Below, piece after piece: positions 1 to 9,222 of a stretch of DNA of 28,087 bases (its first letter is position 1; each line of letters starts with the position of its first letter). Source of the stretch: Methanocellales archaeon (GTDB taxonomy: Archaea; Halobacteriota; JAWCLZ01); the NCBI GenBank assembly GCA_038850285.1, contig JAWCMA010000004.1, positions 6,489 to 34,575 of the forward strand, read 5' to 3'. The notes below the pieces were generated by a model. That model was not told where the DNA came from, searched no databases, and saw only the letters and a list, made by a program, of their open reading frames with translations. The position numbers and the translations under genes are program-made.

Positions 1-987
1 ATCTAATTTTCTTCTAAATCGCTTTAGTATATCTTGAAAAGGACGGGGCTTGCCATTACTACCAATTGCAATTACCTCACCATCCAAAATTGCCTCTTTA
101 GGGACAATAAATTTAAGCAGTTCCACTAAATCGGGTAGAGAATCAGTTACATCCTCCAGTTTTCGAGAATAAATCGCCACTTTTTCGCCTTGCTTATGTA
201 TTTGCACTCTAGCGCCATCATATTTCCACTCCACAGCCACTTCTCCCAGCTCCTCAATAATTGAAAGAATTCCATTAGCAAGCTGCGCAAGCATCATCTT
301 AACCGGTCTAAATGGCATTACACTAAGCCGCTCAAGTCCAGTATTTCCTTCATAGCAAGCAACCTTTGCAACCAGTCCAAGATCGCTGGTGAGCATATAT
401 GCTCTCTCAACCTGTTTTTGAGTTGCATTGAATGCCTGTGCAATAGCATCTCTCAATATTCCTTCTCCAACGCCTATGCGCAGTTCCTGCATAATAAGCC
501 TAGCTAAGTAAATTGCTTCCTCAGGGGTGGCTGAGCTGAAAAGATATTGAAGGATTTTGATCTTCTTTTCCTGAGAACCGCTACCGGTGGCTCTTGAGAT
601 ATTCTCGAAATTTTTATAAACCTCGGTAACTGTCAGCGCTTGAGCATCAGTGAAAGAGGTAAATGTGGTTTGCTTCTTCTTTTTAGAAAGCGCTTCTTTT
701 GCAGCTAGTCCAATATCTCCAGTTTTCTTTACCAGCTCTTTGATAGCCTCAACTGATTCACCGGAGGCAGCGGATAGTGCGCTATTGAGCAAACTAGGGC
801 CTATCCCTAGTTCTTGCTCGCCTGGGAATATCTTTCCCATTAGAAAGCGAGTTGCTATTTCTAGATCTTTTCCATTTAGTGTTTTTAAAAACTCGCTTAT
901 TACGCTCTTCAGCTCTAGTAGACTAGAGATTTTTTCAATTTGCTTGCAGACCTCTGTGAATTCAGAAAATTTTTTCTGGGTATTCAT
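1..987 (-). CDS. lig: ATP-dependent DNA ligase (N-terminal 329 codons; runs off the window start)
   Basis: Not in the ORF track. Manual translation from ATG 987 gives MNTQKKFSEFTEVCKQIEKISS...ELGIGPSLL...ELRIGVGEG...PVKMMLAQL, the adenylation motif EWKYDGARVQIHK (about 195-232), and ILDGEV. Confidence 0.95.
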   Translation of the reverse strand, partial: MNTQKKFSEFTEVCKQIEKISSLLELKSVISEFLKTLNGKDLEIATRFLMGKIFPGEQELGIGPSLLNSALSAASGESVEAIKELVKKTGDIGLAAKEALSKKKKQTTFTSFTDAQALTVTEVYKNFENISRATGSGSQEKKIKILQYLFSSATPEEAIYLARLIMQELRIGVGEGILRDAIAQAFNATQKQVERAYMLTSDLGLVAKVACYEGNTGLERLSVMPFRPVKMMLAQLANGILSIIEELGEVAVEWKYDGARVQIHKQGEKVAIYSRKLEDVTDSLPDLVELLKFIVPKEAILDGEVIAIGSNGKPRPFQDILKRFRRKLD

Positions 988-1257
988 CGGCGCACAAGAT
1001 ACCATATTATAACCACTGCTATTAAGAGGAATATTATGAGCAGAAAATTAATAATAACAAGCTTAAATCGAAGATCGACTTCATCTAAACTTTCTTTTTT
1101 CTCCATTATATCTCAGCTATTTGAGCCAGCTAAAATATATTCTTTTTGATGATATGATTAATTTAATTCCTGAATTTGAAAAATTTTTTTTAAGATAATT
1201 TTTTAGAATTAATATAAGAAATATATTTTTATAGATCAAATACTTATATAATAACTT

Positions 1258-1995
1258 ATGGATCTTAATAGGTGCTTGGCTGTTGTTATAATTCTTTTTT
1301 TAATTTTAATGAACTCTGCCAAAGCTGCAGATGCCAGCTGCGATGCTGAGGTAACCATAACTGATAATCAAGTTATCATTAAACTCGCGGGAGTTGCAGA
1401 TAAGGAAATGAGCTATCAAATTAGAAAAACTGTAGATACCAGTGGCAATGGCTATGTAACTGAAGATGAAGCGAAAAGCGGGATTAGTAATTTAAAAGCA
1501 ACCTTTGGATTTGATTTGGAAAAACAGGCTTTTTTAAATATAGATGGACTGGTAGTAAAGATTGATTCTCAAAGCGATGAATTCCCAAATCTCCCTGGAG
1601 AAGTGCTATCCCCAAATCCAGTTACCTTGATTTCTCAATATAAAACTGATCCAAATGTAGTAAGTGGGTATTTCACTTCAGGCAGCCATAGAATTATTTT
1701 TAACTTTAAAACCCAAGGTAAAGTTAGCTTTACCCTCAGCCTTCCTGAGGGTGTGGATGAAAATAGCATAACTTACTCCAAGGGCGTGTTGGATAGCGTG
1801 GATAAGAGAAAAATCACTGGGGAATTGGAAAAAAACGAACCGCTGATAATAAGCTTTGGAACTCAATCCACCAATACCCTAACTTCATCATCAAGTCAAA
1901 CTTCTAAGAGAAGAATAATGGGATTTGAATTCCAAATAGCGGGTTTGAGTTTGCTTTGCGCAGCATATTTGCTTAGAAGAAAATTGCTATATTAA
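1258..1995 (+). CDS. Secreted or cell-surface protein with signal peptide, EF-hand-like loop and PGF-CTERM-like sorting tail
   Basis: Hydrophobic N-terminus ending AKA/A; DTSGNGYVTEDE loop; Ser/Thr linker; C-terminal MGFE, hydrophobic stretch and RRK. Confidence 0.7.
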   Translation: MDLNRCLAVVIILFLILMNSAKAADASCDAEVTITDNQVIIKLAGVADKEMSYQIRKTVDTSGNGYVTEDEAKSGISNLKATFGFDLEKQAFLNIDGLVVKIDSQSDEFPNLPGEVLSPNPVTLISQYKTDPNVVSGYFTSGSHRIIFNFKTQGKVSFTLSLPEGVDENSITYSKGVLDSVDKRKITGELEKNEPLIISFGTQSTNTLTSSSSQTSKRRIMGFEFQIAGLSLLCAAYLLRRKLLY

Positions 1996-2460
1996 GAGCA
2001 GTAAATCAGTGACATCAAAAATATCTCTATGCATTTTAAGAGCTCTACACCCTGGCAGGAACCTTAAAGCACTCTCGACATTTTCCTCCCTAGTGTCTAT
2101 GAAGATCACCTCCTCATTTTGGATTTCCACTCCCTTCTGCTTCAACCTGCGCAGGATTTCCTGGCAATTTAAACCTTTATTAATGGTATTTATCATTGGA
2201 AAAACAAACCACTCCCAAATACCCAGCAATTTCAATACTGCAATTGCATTTCCAGCATAATTCGTGGAATTAAGGGAAGCATAGATGCCGCGCTGATGCA
2301 ATTCCTCTAAAACATGCCTAGCTCCTGGTAATAGAGTTATGCTGTGCCCGTAATCATCATAGACAGTATCATTGGCAATATACTGCGGAGGTAATACCTC
2401 TCCCAGTCTGCAGTTTCCTCTTAAGAGTACCTCATCATCGAAGATTACAAGTTTAATAAT
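1987..2460 (-). CDS. HAD-superfamily MDP-1-like phosphatase with degenerate motifs; non-canonical ATT start or pseudogene
   Basis: The frame of ORF 1987..2301 stays open upstream: IIKLVIFDDEVLL...ITLLPGARHVLEELHQRGIYASLNS...NKG...IFIDTREENV. There is no ATG/GTG/TTG upstream of 2301 before the in-frame TAG at 2490-2488. Confidence 0.6.
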   Translation of the reverse strand: MIKLVIFDDEVLLRGNCRLGEVLPPQYIANDTVYDDYGHSITLLPGARHVLEELHQRGIYASLNSTNYAGNAIAVLKLLGIWEWFVFPMINTINKGLNCQEILRRLKQKGVEIQNEEVIFIDTREENVESALRFLPGCRALKMHRDIFDVTDLLLLI

Positions 2461-2471
2461 AACACCAACCC

Positions 2472-3590
2472 CTATGTCAATTTCTTTCTAGGATCCATGA
2501 GCACCTCGGGCTTGCAGTCCACCATTCCCAGTGCAGCCACAGCACCTGCTATGCCAAGTTCTCCGGAGATCTCAATTACATCAACTTTGCAGGCTTTTGC
2601 CACTTTTTTCGCCTCTTCTAAGGTAACATGCCTAGTTCTAGCTTCATTTGCGAATTTCTTCAGCCTGGCATCCACTTCTAAGCCAATTTTTATTGCCATT
2701 CCAGTTCTATCTGAATGAGTTTCTCTTCTAACGTATGCAATTGCATTTTTAATCACAGCCTGTACCTTCTCAGGCTGTACTCCAAGTTCAATGAAGCTAA
2801 CTGCATTGCCAGCGGTTTTATATCTTATCCTAGGGTTGAGAAATCCCACTTTGTGTCCTATTGCCTCCACATAATCTAGAGCATCAAGGTGGTCTAAAAG
2901 TGAAAGTGCAACAGCGAAGGTAGCGCCCTCTTCTTCGGTATCGGTATCGTCAATTGCAATTGTAACATGCGTGAGTGCCTTGGTTACGATCTCCCCCTCT
3001 ATAAATTCCCCCCTCCTCAATACCTTTAAATTCAGCACTCCTTTTGCATCCCTCATCATCTCAGTAAGAGAGAAAGCGGGCCCTCCGAAGCATTTTATAC
3101 GCTGAATCACATTTCCATCTTCTACCTTAACCTGCTCTATGCCAGCCGAGGATCTAGGGAAATTTCCAATTGCAATGCCTGAAAAACCCTGCTTTGATTT
3201 GCATCGCAGGAGCAAGCCATCTCTACTTGCTTTGGTTATAACCCCTCCGGCGCAGGTGTAGGCGAAGCTGCAAAAAGCTATGCATCCAATGCTTCTGCAT
3301 TCGTGAAAGATCTCCACATTATCTCCATCAACAGTTGTGAAGATTCGCCTGCAAGCACTTGTTGGAAGAAGCTTCACTATGCGCGCAAACTTCGTTGGAT
3401 TTCTTCCTTTTCCATTTTCAATTTTAGCTATGCATTTTTCCTCTAAAAAGCGATTTATCCAATCCTGCAAGGTACTTCTAGGTAGTTTTACTTCATTTGC
3501 GAATTCCCTTAATGTAAAATAGCCTTTGTTTAAGGTGAGATTCTTCGCAACTTTCAGCAAAAACCTGCGTTTTTGAAGCAATTTGGACAT
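2472..3590 (-). CDS. Winged-HTH fused to a methanogenesis marker 11 / TiaS-like (DDTD) domain
   Basis: N-terminal HTH (FTLREFANEVKLPRSTLQDWINRF); AGIEQV, IAIDDTD..EEGATF, KTAGN and GIAGAVAALG motifs. Confidence 0.7.
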   Translation of the reverse strand: MSKLLQKRRFLLKVAKNLTLNKGYFTLREFANEVKLPRSTLQDWINRFLEEKCIAKIENGKGRNPTKFARIVKLLPTSACRRIFTTVDGDNVEIFHECRSIGCIAFCSFAYTCAGGVITKASRDGLLLRCKSKQGFSGIAIGNFPRSSAGIEQVKVEDGNVIQRIKCFGGPAFSLTEMMRDAKGVLNLKVLRRGEFIEGEIVTKALTHVTIAIDDTDTEEEGATFAVALSLLDHLDALDYVEAIGHKVGFLNPRIRYKTAGNAVSFIELGVQPEKVQAVIKNAIAYVRRETHSDRTGMAIKIGLEVDARLKKFANEARTRHVTLEEAKKVAKACKVDVIEISGELGIAGAVAALGMVDCKPEVLMDPRKKLT

Positions 3591-3616
3591 TACAAGTTAT
3601 AACTACAGCCACAGCT

Positions 3617-4639
3617 TTAAATTCTTTTCCCTCTTGCTCTTGCAATTGCAATTAAATCACTTATCATCGCGCTTGCTGCTTCAAGTGCACCTGCGCCTTT
3701 GCCGGTAACGGTTATCTCCCCAGCGAGTTCAGTTTGAATGCTAGCGACGTTTAAAGTGCCACCTACGTTCAAAGGATGTGTTTTTGGAATCATTTTAGGT
3801 GCCACTTCTAAAATATAGCCATTTGAATTTAAGGCTACCTCTCCTAGGAGTTTGATTGCATAGCCGATTTCATTTGCTAGCTTCAAAGCCTCCGGAGTGA
3901 TCCTAGTAATTCCAGTTACCTTTACATCTTCATAAGTTGCATTTAAATTGAAGATGGAATTAGCTAGGATAACAAGCTTGCTGGCAGTATCTATTCCCTC
4001 TACATCGTATACTGGATTTGCCTCGGCTATTCCAAGCTCCCTTGCCTCGCTTAAGATATGCTCGTAGGAAAAACCCTCATCAGCCATTCTAGTTAAGATA
4101 TAATTGCAGGTGCCGTTGAAAATTCCCCTAATGCTTTTAATTCTATAGCCAAGAAGGATTTCCCTAGCGAGATTTATGATAGGCATCGCTCCACCTACAC
4201 TGGCTTCAAATCTCAATTCAACATTATTTTCCCATGCAAGATCCACGAGCTTTTTATAAGCAACAACCAGCGGTCCTTTATTCGAGGTTATAACATGCTG
4301 TTTTTTCTTCAAAGCATTTACCATATGGCTCAAACCTGGTTCGCCCGTGGTGATGTTTGTTGGCGTGGCTTCGACCATTATATCAACTTTTAAATTATTT
4401 ATTACATCCAGTGCTTTTAGCTTTGAATTTGGAATGAATCCTTTTTGAGAGGTTTCCCTCACCACTTGCTCTAGGTCGATGCCTCTTTCATCGATGATTG
4501 AACCAGGAAGGTCTGCGATTGCGATTACCTTAACATCTATGCCTAAGCTATGCAGTATTTCTGCATCGGCTAAGAGTGCTCGGGCAAAGCCTTTGCCTAC
4601 AACTCCAAAGCCAATTATTGAAACCTTAACTGTTCTCAT
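3617..4639 (-). CDS. hom: Homoserine dehydrogenase
   Basis: GFGVVG Rossmann motif, VITSNKGP, FEASVGGAMP, GIFNGTCNYIL, DVEGIDTASK, GKGAG. Confidence 0.95.
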   Translation of the reverse strand: MRTVKVSIIGFGVVGKGFARALLADAEILHSLGIDVKVIAIADLPGSIIDERGIDLEQVVRETSQKGFIPNSKLKALDVINNLKVDIMVEATPTNITTGEPGLSHMVNALKKKQHVITSNKGPLVVAYKKLVDLAWENNVELRFEASVGGAMPIINLAREILLGYRIKSIRGIFNGTCNYILTRMADEGFSYEHILSEARELGIAEANPVYDVEGIDTASKLVILANSIFNLNATYEDVKVTGITRITPEALKLANEIGYAIKLLGEVALNSNGYILEVAPKMIPKTHPLNVGGTLNVASIQTELAGEITVTGKGAGALEAASAMISDLIAIARARGKRI

Positions 4640-5145
4640 AGGCTCACTTCTATTTGAATTGGCTCAATAACCAGCAAATCCTTTTCTCTTGCAATATTTC
4701 TAAGCACCATCAATGCCTTCCTGAGTTCTTCCCTCCCAGTGGCATTAATTGTTATCCGCGCTGAAGAGGTTTTATCAACGCCTGGCATTGACATGGCTAA
4801 GTCAACTACTTCTGCAAAGCCAGTGGTATCTATCCTGTCAATGGTGTCCCTCAAATCTGAGTGTACTATGTGGCCTATTAAGATCACTGAAATGCTTTCA
4901 ATTAGTCTTTCCTCGCCCACTCTTTTAATTATAACTCCCAGTTTCTCCAGCTTATCTATCAACTTGGAGAGGTTTTCTTTTACAATCTCAAAGGTAATTG
5001 AGACTGGAACGGTACCGCGAGGAGTTTTATCTCCATGGTGATGCACTATGCTAATTATATTTCCCTCATACTCAGATATAGGGGTTAATGCCATTACCAA
5101 CTGCCCAGGCACATCCTTAAGTTCCAAGTCCAGTGTGACTCTCAT
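4636..5145 (-). CDS. ACT-domain allosteric regulator of homoserine dehydrogenase (COG2061-like)
   Basis: LELKDVPGQL..L.PIS..GNIISIVH ACT motif, LIGHIVHSDLRDTID; ATGA overlap with hom. Confidence 0.85.
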   Translation of the reverse strand: MRVTLDLELKDVPGQLVMALTPISEYEGNIISIVHHHGDKTPRGTVPVSITFEIVKENLSKLIDKLEKLGVIIKRVGEERLIESISVILIGHIVHSDLRDTIDRIDTTGFAEVVDLAMSMPGVDKTSSARITINATGREELRKALMVLRNIAREKDLLVIEPIQIEVSL

Positions 5146-5199
5146 CTCAACCTAGCCCGCGCATTATTTGTATTCATAGATTATAAATATTTTTTTAGT
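5146..5199. promoter_or_regulatory. Compact divergent promoter region (ACT-hom operon / truA)
   Basis: 54-bp spacer. The minus strand reads AAAAAAATATTTATAAT (BRE/TATA-like) about 35 nt upstream of ATG 5145. Confidence 0.5.
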
Positions 5200-6012
5200 A
5201 TGGCGAGGATTGCATTTAAATTGGCATATATTGGCACTGATTTTGAAGGTTTTCAAATTCAGCCCGGCAAGCGCACTATCGAGCTTGAGATTTTCAAAGC
5301 ATTGAAAGCCTTGAATATCATCCAAGACCCGCGGAGTGCTAAATATCAATCTGCTGGTAGAACAGATAAAGGCGTGCATGCCTTGAATCAAGTGATTGCC
5401 TTCAACACGAGTAACTTGGAGCTTGCTCAGCCGCGGGTGATTAATAGCAAGCTGCCTGATTCAATCTGGACTTGGGCGCGCGCTCTAGTGCCTGAGGATT
5501 TTAATCCAAGGGGACAAGCTGTTAAGCGTGAATATAGATATATACTCTATGACGAGGGCTTTGCTCTAGAGAAGATGAAGAGTGCGGCTAAGTTATTCAT
5601 CGGAGAGCATGATTTTGCAAACTTTTCAACTCGAGAACAGGGAAAGAGCACCGTTAGAATTATTCACAAATTTAAGCTGAAAAAACTCGGTAATTTCCTA
5701 ATGATTGATATTGAAGCAAATAGCTTTACTTGGAATATGGTTAGAAAGATCGCAGCGGCGCTTAAAATGATCGGAAGGGGAGAGAGGGAGGAGAAATGGA
5801 TTAAATTGATGCTAGCACCTTGGAAGCATCGCGAGGGCTTGCAAAGCGCTCCCGCTTTTGGTACAATTTTAAAAAATGTGAGCTATAGAAATATTAAATT
5901 CGAGATAGATGCCTATGCTAAGAGAAAAGCCAGCGAAAAGCTGAGGAAGTGCTTCCTTAGATATTACACCATAGCCAAGGTATTAGAGGAGCTAACGAGT
6001 GGCATGAAATAG
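5200..6012 (+). CDS. truA: tRNA pseudouridine(38-40) synthase
   Basis: AYIGTDFEGFQIQP, catalytic AGRTDKGVHA, GEHDFANF, ANSFTWNMVRKI. Confidence 0.95.
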   Translation: MARIAFKLAYIGTDFEGFQIQPGKRTIELEIFKALKALNIIQDPRSAKYQSAGRTDKGVHALNQVIAFNTSNLELAQPRVINSKLPDSIWTWARALVPEDFNPRGQAVKREYRYILYDEGFALEKMKSAAKLFIGEHDFANFSTREQGKSTVRIIHKFKLKKLGNFLMIDIEANSFTWNMVRKIAAALKMIGRGEREEKWIKLMLAPWKHREGLQSAPAFGTILKNVSYRNIKFEIDAYAKRKASEKLRKCFLRYYTIAKVLEELTSGMK

Positions 6013-6034
6013 CTACTTAATGATGCTGAAATAG

Positions 6035-7414
6035 CTAGAACTCAAATAATTTACGCTGCTTCTTTTGATCTTCCCCGCTTTCCTCTGCACTTTCCTTTTC
6101 CTGAGAACTTAAGCTTGCTTCAATGTGTTCTTCCACTTGCTTTGCTATCAATGCTTGTGCTGCGTGATGGATTTCTTTAACCAGTTTTGAGTCACTCTTC
6201 AAGTTGAGTAAAAATGCGATTTCTTCTTCTTCAAGCTGAAGAGAAGCTGCAACTTTAATTGCAAGCTCTTTTTGGCTCATTAAAATTTTAAAAAGGGGAA
6301 GCGTGTTAGAGCGCACATACTGCTGGGAAGTGTGACAGTATCTTGCGATTTTCTCAGCGATCGAATCCCTTATCTCGCGCGTGGATTTTGTTTGCGCTAG
6401 TTTTCTCCAAAAAGCTGGCGGGGAATAGGGGGTATAGCTTTTATTATAATCGCTGATCTTAGCATTTTGCGTTCCACATATCATTAATTCACTTGCAAAT
6501 CTCCATAGAGCATATCTCTGCCTGCGCCTCACTCTGCCTAGGAAGATATCGGCTTTTGAAAGCGCTCTAAAACCTCGCTCAAGGTCTACATCTTGATATT
6601 CTCGAGGTAAATTTTCATCTATCCAGTGGATTAAATCCTCTGGGCTTTCATCAAGACTGTAGGCAGCATACAGAGGTTTAGTTAGCTCTCTGCCTTTGAA
6701 AATTTCAGCTAGGACTTGAAAGATGGTTTCCTTAACATCTCTTCTGCCTACAATTATATCCTCAATGGAGATCGAATCCCTCCCTTGAGCTATGGCTTGA
6801 AGGTCGTTGATCGCTGATCTTAGGTCTCTGCACTTCTCAGCAATTGCAAATAGCGCTGCCTCATCGCATTTTACGCCCTCTCTATGGCAGATGCGCTTGA
6901 GCACGTTAACCATTGTTCGAGTTTGAATTGGCTTGAATTGAATAACTTTGCAGAGTCCTCGAAGCGCTGGAGATAGTGCATAGAGATCGTTTGCGATTAA
7001 TACAATGGGCTGATTTGTTTCCTTCACCACCTCGATTATTGCTCTTGCACCTCCTCTATCAGCAGTGCCGTGGATATTGTCAGCTTCATCTAGAATTATG
7101 AGGCGCTTTCCAGATACGCCTGAAAAAGTACCTGCCTTTGCGGCTTCACCAGTGCATCTTTTAATAACTTCAGCTGTGCGCTCATCACTTGCATTTAACT
7201 CAATCACATCCCAGTTCATCTCTCGAGCAAGTGCAAGCGCAGCAGAGGTTTTGCCAACTCCTGGGGGTCCATATAAAATAGCAGCTTTCCTGCCTTTTTC
7301 AGCATCGTTAGCCCATTTCTTAAGCTCTTCAACTGCTCTGGTATTGCCAATTATTTCATCAAGCGTAGAGGGACGGTATTTCTCAGTCCAGTTTAAAAAA
7401 TCATCGCACTTCAT
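6035..7414 (-). CDS. rfcL: Replication factor C large subunit
   Basis: WTEKYRP, Walker A GPPGVGKT, IELNASDER, Walker B LDEAD, DLRSAINDLQ, C-terminal PIP box QRKLFEF. Start moved to ATG 7414, just after the upstream gene's TGA. Confidence 0.93.
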   Translation of the reverse strand: MKCDDFLNWTEKYRPSTLDEIIGNTRAVEELKKWANDAEKGRKAAILYGPPGVGKTSAALALAREMNWDVIELNASDERTAEVIKRCTGEAAKAGTFSGVSGKRLIILDEADNIHGTADRGGARAIIEVVKETNQPIVLIANDLYALSPALRGLCKVIQFKPIQTRTMVNVLKRICHREGVKCDEAALFAIAEKCRDLRSAINDLQAIAQGRDSISIEDIIVGRRDVKETIFQVLAEIFKGRELTKPLYAAYSLDESPEDLIHWIDENLPREYQDVDLERGFRALSKADIFLGRVRRRQRYALWRFASELMICGTQNAKISDYNKSYTPYSPPAFWRKLAQTKSTREIRDSIAEKIARYCHTSQQYVRSNTLPLFKILMSQKELAIKVAASLQLEEEEIAFLLNLKSDSKLVKEIHHAAQALIAKQVEEHIEASLSSQEKESAEESGEDQKKQRKLFEF

Positions 7415-7415
7415 T

Positions 7416-9104
7416 TCAAAAGTCCACGCGCTCGGTAAGCGGCTTCCCAGGGGGCCAGACGCATGAAACCATTGCTTCTGGGTCAATTATGATGTCAAGG
7501 AGCACTGTTTCCTGCATTTTTATGCCCTCTTTAATCGCTGGCCCAATCTCCTCGGGTCTTGTGATCCTCTGTGCTCTAGCGTTGAATGCCTCTGCATATT
7601 TAACGAAGTCAGGGGCCTCGCCTATATCCTCGCCTATATAGCGAGCCTTCCAAGCCATCTTCAATACTTGTCTAATCAAAGTATATTTTCTATTATCGAA
7701 GAGAGCTATGATTACAGGCACATCATGTACCACTGATGTGGCTATTTCATTGCCGGTCATCATCAAGCTACCGTCGCTATCGATATCAAGCACAACTTTA
7801 TCCGGCCTAGCTAGCTTAGCTCCAATGGCAGATGGTAAACCAAAGCCCATTGGAGCAAGGCCACCTGAGGTTATAAAGGTTCTTGGCTCGAGTGCTTCAT
7901 ACATTTGAATTGCACACATTTGATGCTGGCCAACTCCAGTTGTGACAATTGCATCTCGAGGTAGAGCTTGGCGTATTTCCTTAATTACTCTCTGAGGCTT
8001 GAGCGGTATATCCTCGTGGTCCATTTTTATGGCCATAGCCTTTTTCAGCTCAAGGATTTCCCTAGCGCGGGGGGAGTCTTTATATTTATCCTTGGAAATC
8101 ATTTTGGAAACTACTTCCAGCAGCATTGCAAGTACTCTTTTCGCATCGCCCGCGATTGCTACATTTGGTGTATATACCTTTCCAAGCTCCGCGGGATCGA
8201 TATCTATATGTATCAACTTGCGATTTGCTATGAAGGTTCTCCTCTCACCGGTCAAGCGATCAGCGAACCTAGTTCCAATGGCTACTATTAAATCAGAATC
8301 ATTTACAATGGTATTTGCAACTTTTGTTCCAAAAAGCCCAACCACTCCAAGTGATAGAGGATGATTTTCAGGAAAAGCCCCCTTGCCCATGCTAGCGGTT
8401 GCCACTGGTATCGCTAGATACTCAGCTAAATTAAGCAATTCTCGACTTGCATTTGACCAGATCACCCCTCCACCTGCTATTATTAATGGGCGCTCTGCTT
8501 TAATTAGAAGCTCAGCAGCTCTTTTAACAGCCTCTAAATCTGGCTCCAGCTGTACCTTGCTTCTTAGCTTCACTTCACTCGCGAATATTTTCTCATCGAA
8601 TTCGATGTCCTCCATCTGTACATCCACTGGGATATCTATGTGCACAGGACCAGGTCTGCCTGTTGTGGCTATTTTAAATGCCTTTCTCACCACCTCTACA
8701 AGTTCTCTGGGATTTAAAACCAAGAAGTTGTGCTTAACATGCGGCATTAATATGCCAACCATATCTGCTTCTTGAAAGGCATCAGTGCCGATAACTCCTC
8801 TTGCAACTTGACCAGTTATCGCTATTAAAGGCGAGGAATCCATATAGGCATTGACAATTCCTGTTACCAAATTTGTAGCCCCTGGACCAGAGGTTGCAAT
8901 GCATACGCCGGGTTTGCCTGAGGCACGGGCATAGCCATCTGCAGCATATGAAGCTGCTTGTTCATTTCTCACGTGGATATAGCGAATTTGATTTGAGTCA
9001 TATAAAGCATCGAACACTGGTATTATCATTGCTCCAGTGATTCCAAAAATATGCTTGACTCCCAGCTTCTCCAAACTTTTGACGAATGCGACCGCTCCTC
9101 TCAT
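7416..9104 (-). CDS. ilvB: ThDP/FAD-dependent acetolactate synthase large-subunit-like protein (divergent)
   Basis: RNEQAA..ADGYAR, TSGPGATN, TGQV, DAFQE, GRPGPVHIDIP, IHIDIDP, GVGQHQM, MGFGLP, ThDP motif SDGS...DN. Confidence 0.75.
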   Translation of the reverse strand: MRGAVAFVKSLEKLGVKHIFGITGAMIIPVFDALYDSNQIRYIHVRNEQAASYAADGYARASGKPGVCIATSGPGATNLVTGIVNAYMDSSPLIAITGQVARGVIGTDAFQEADMVGILMPHVKHNFLVLNPRELVEVVRKAFKIATTGRPGPVHIDIPVDVQMEDIEFDEKIFASEVKLRSKVQLEPDLEAVKRAAELLIKAERPLIIAGGGVIWSNASRELLNLAEYLAIPVATASMGKGAFPENHPLSLGVVGLFGTKVANTIVNDSDLIVAIGTRFADRLTGERRTFIANRKLIHIDIDPAELGKVYTPNVAIAGDAKRVLAMLLEVVSKMISKDKYKDSPRAREILELKKAMAIKMDHEDIPLKPQRVIKEIRQALPRDAIVTTGVGQHQMCAIQMYEALEPRTFITSGGLAPMGFGLPSAIGAKLARPDKVVLDIDSDGSLMMTGNEIATSVVHDVPVIIALFDNRKYTLIRQVLKMAWKARYIGEDIGEAPDFVKYAEAFNARAQRITRPEEIGPAIKEGIKMQETVLLDIIIDPEAMVSCVWPPGKPLTERVDF

Positions 9105-9222
9105 AGCAAATCAGCATTATTAATTTTTATAAATAAATCTTTCGCAGGTGTTATCTTAAATTTTATTACATTATAAATAAAAAGCAAAGGTAAATTAAAT
9201 TAGAGAGATCAATAGTGTTTAC

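Noticed and set aside
650-1149. Plus-strand ORFs 650..1012 and 940..1149
   Set aside because: Antisense shadows of the DNA ligase gene and its promoter region.
988-1257. AT-rich spacer as a replication origin
   Set aside because: No ORB-like repeats and no cdc6/orc1 neighbour; explained by divergent promoters.
7415-7486. 24-aa N-terminal extension of RfcL
   Set aside because: It overlaps the upstream gene's C-terminus; ATG 7414 next to the stop gives a normal N-terminus.
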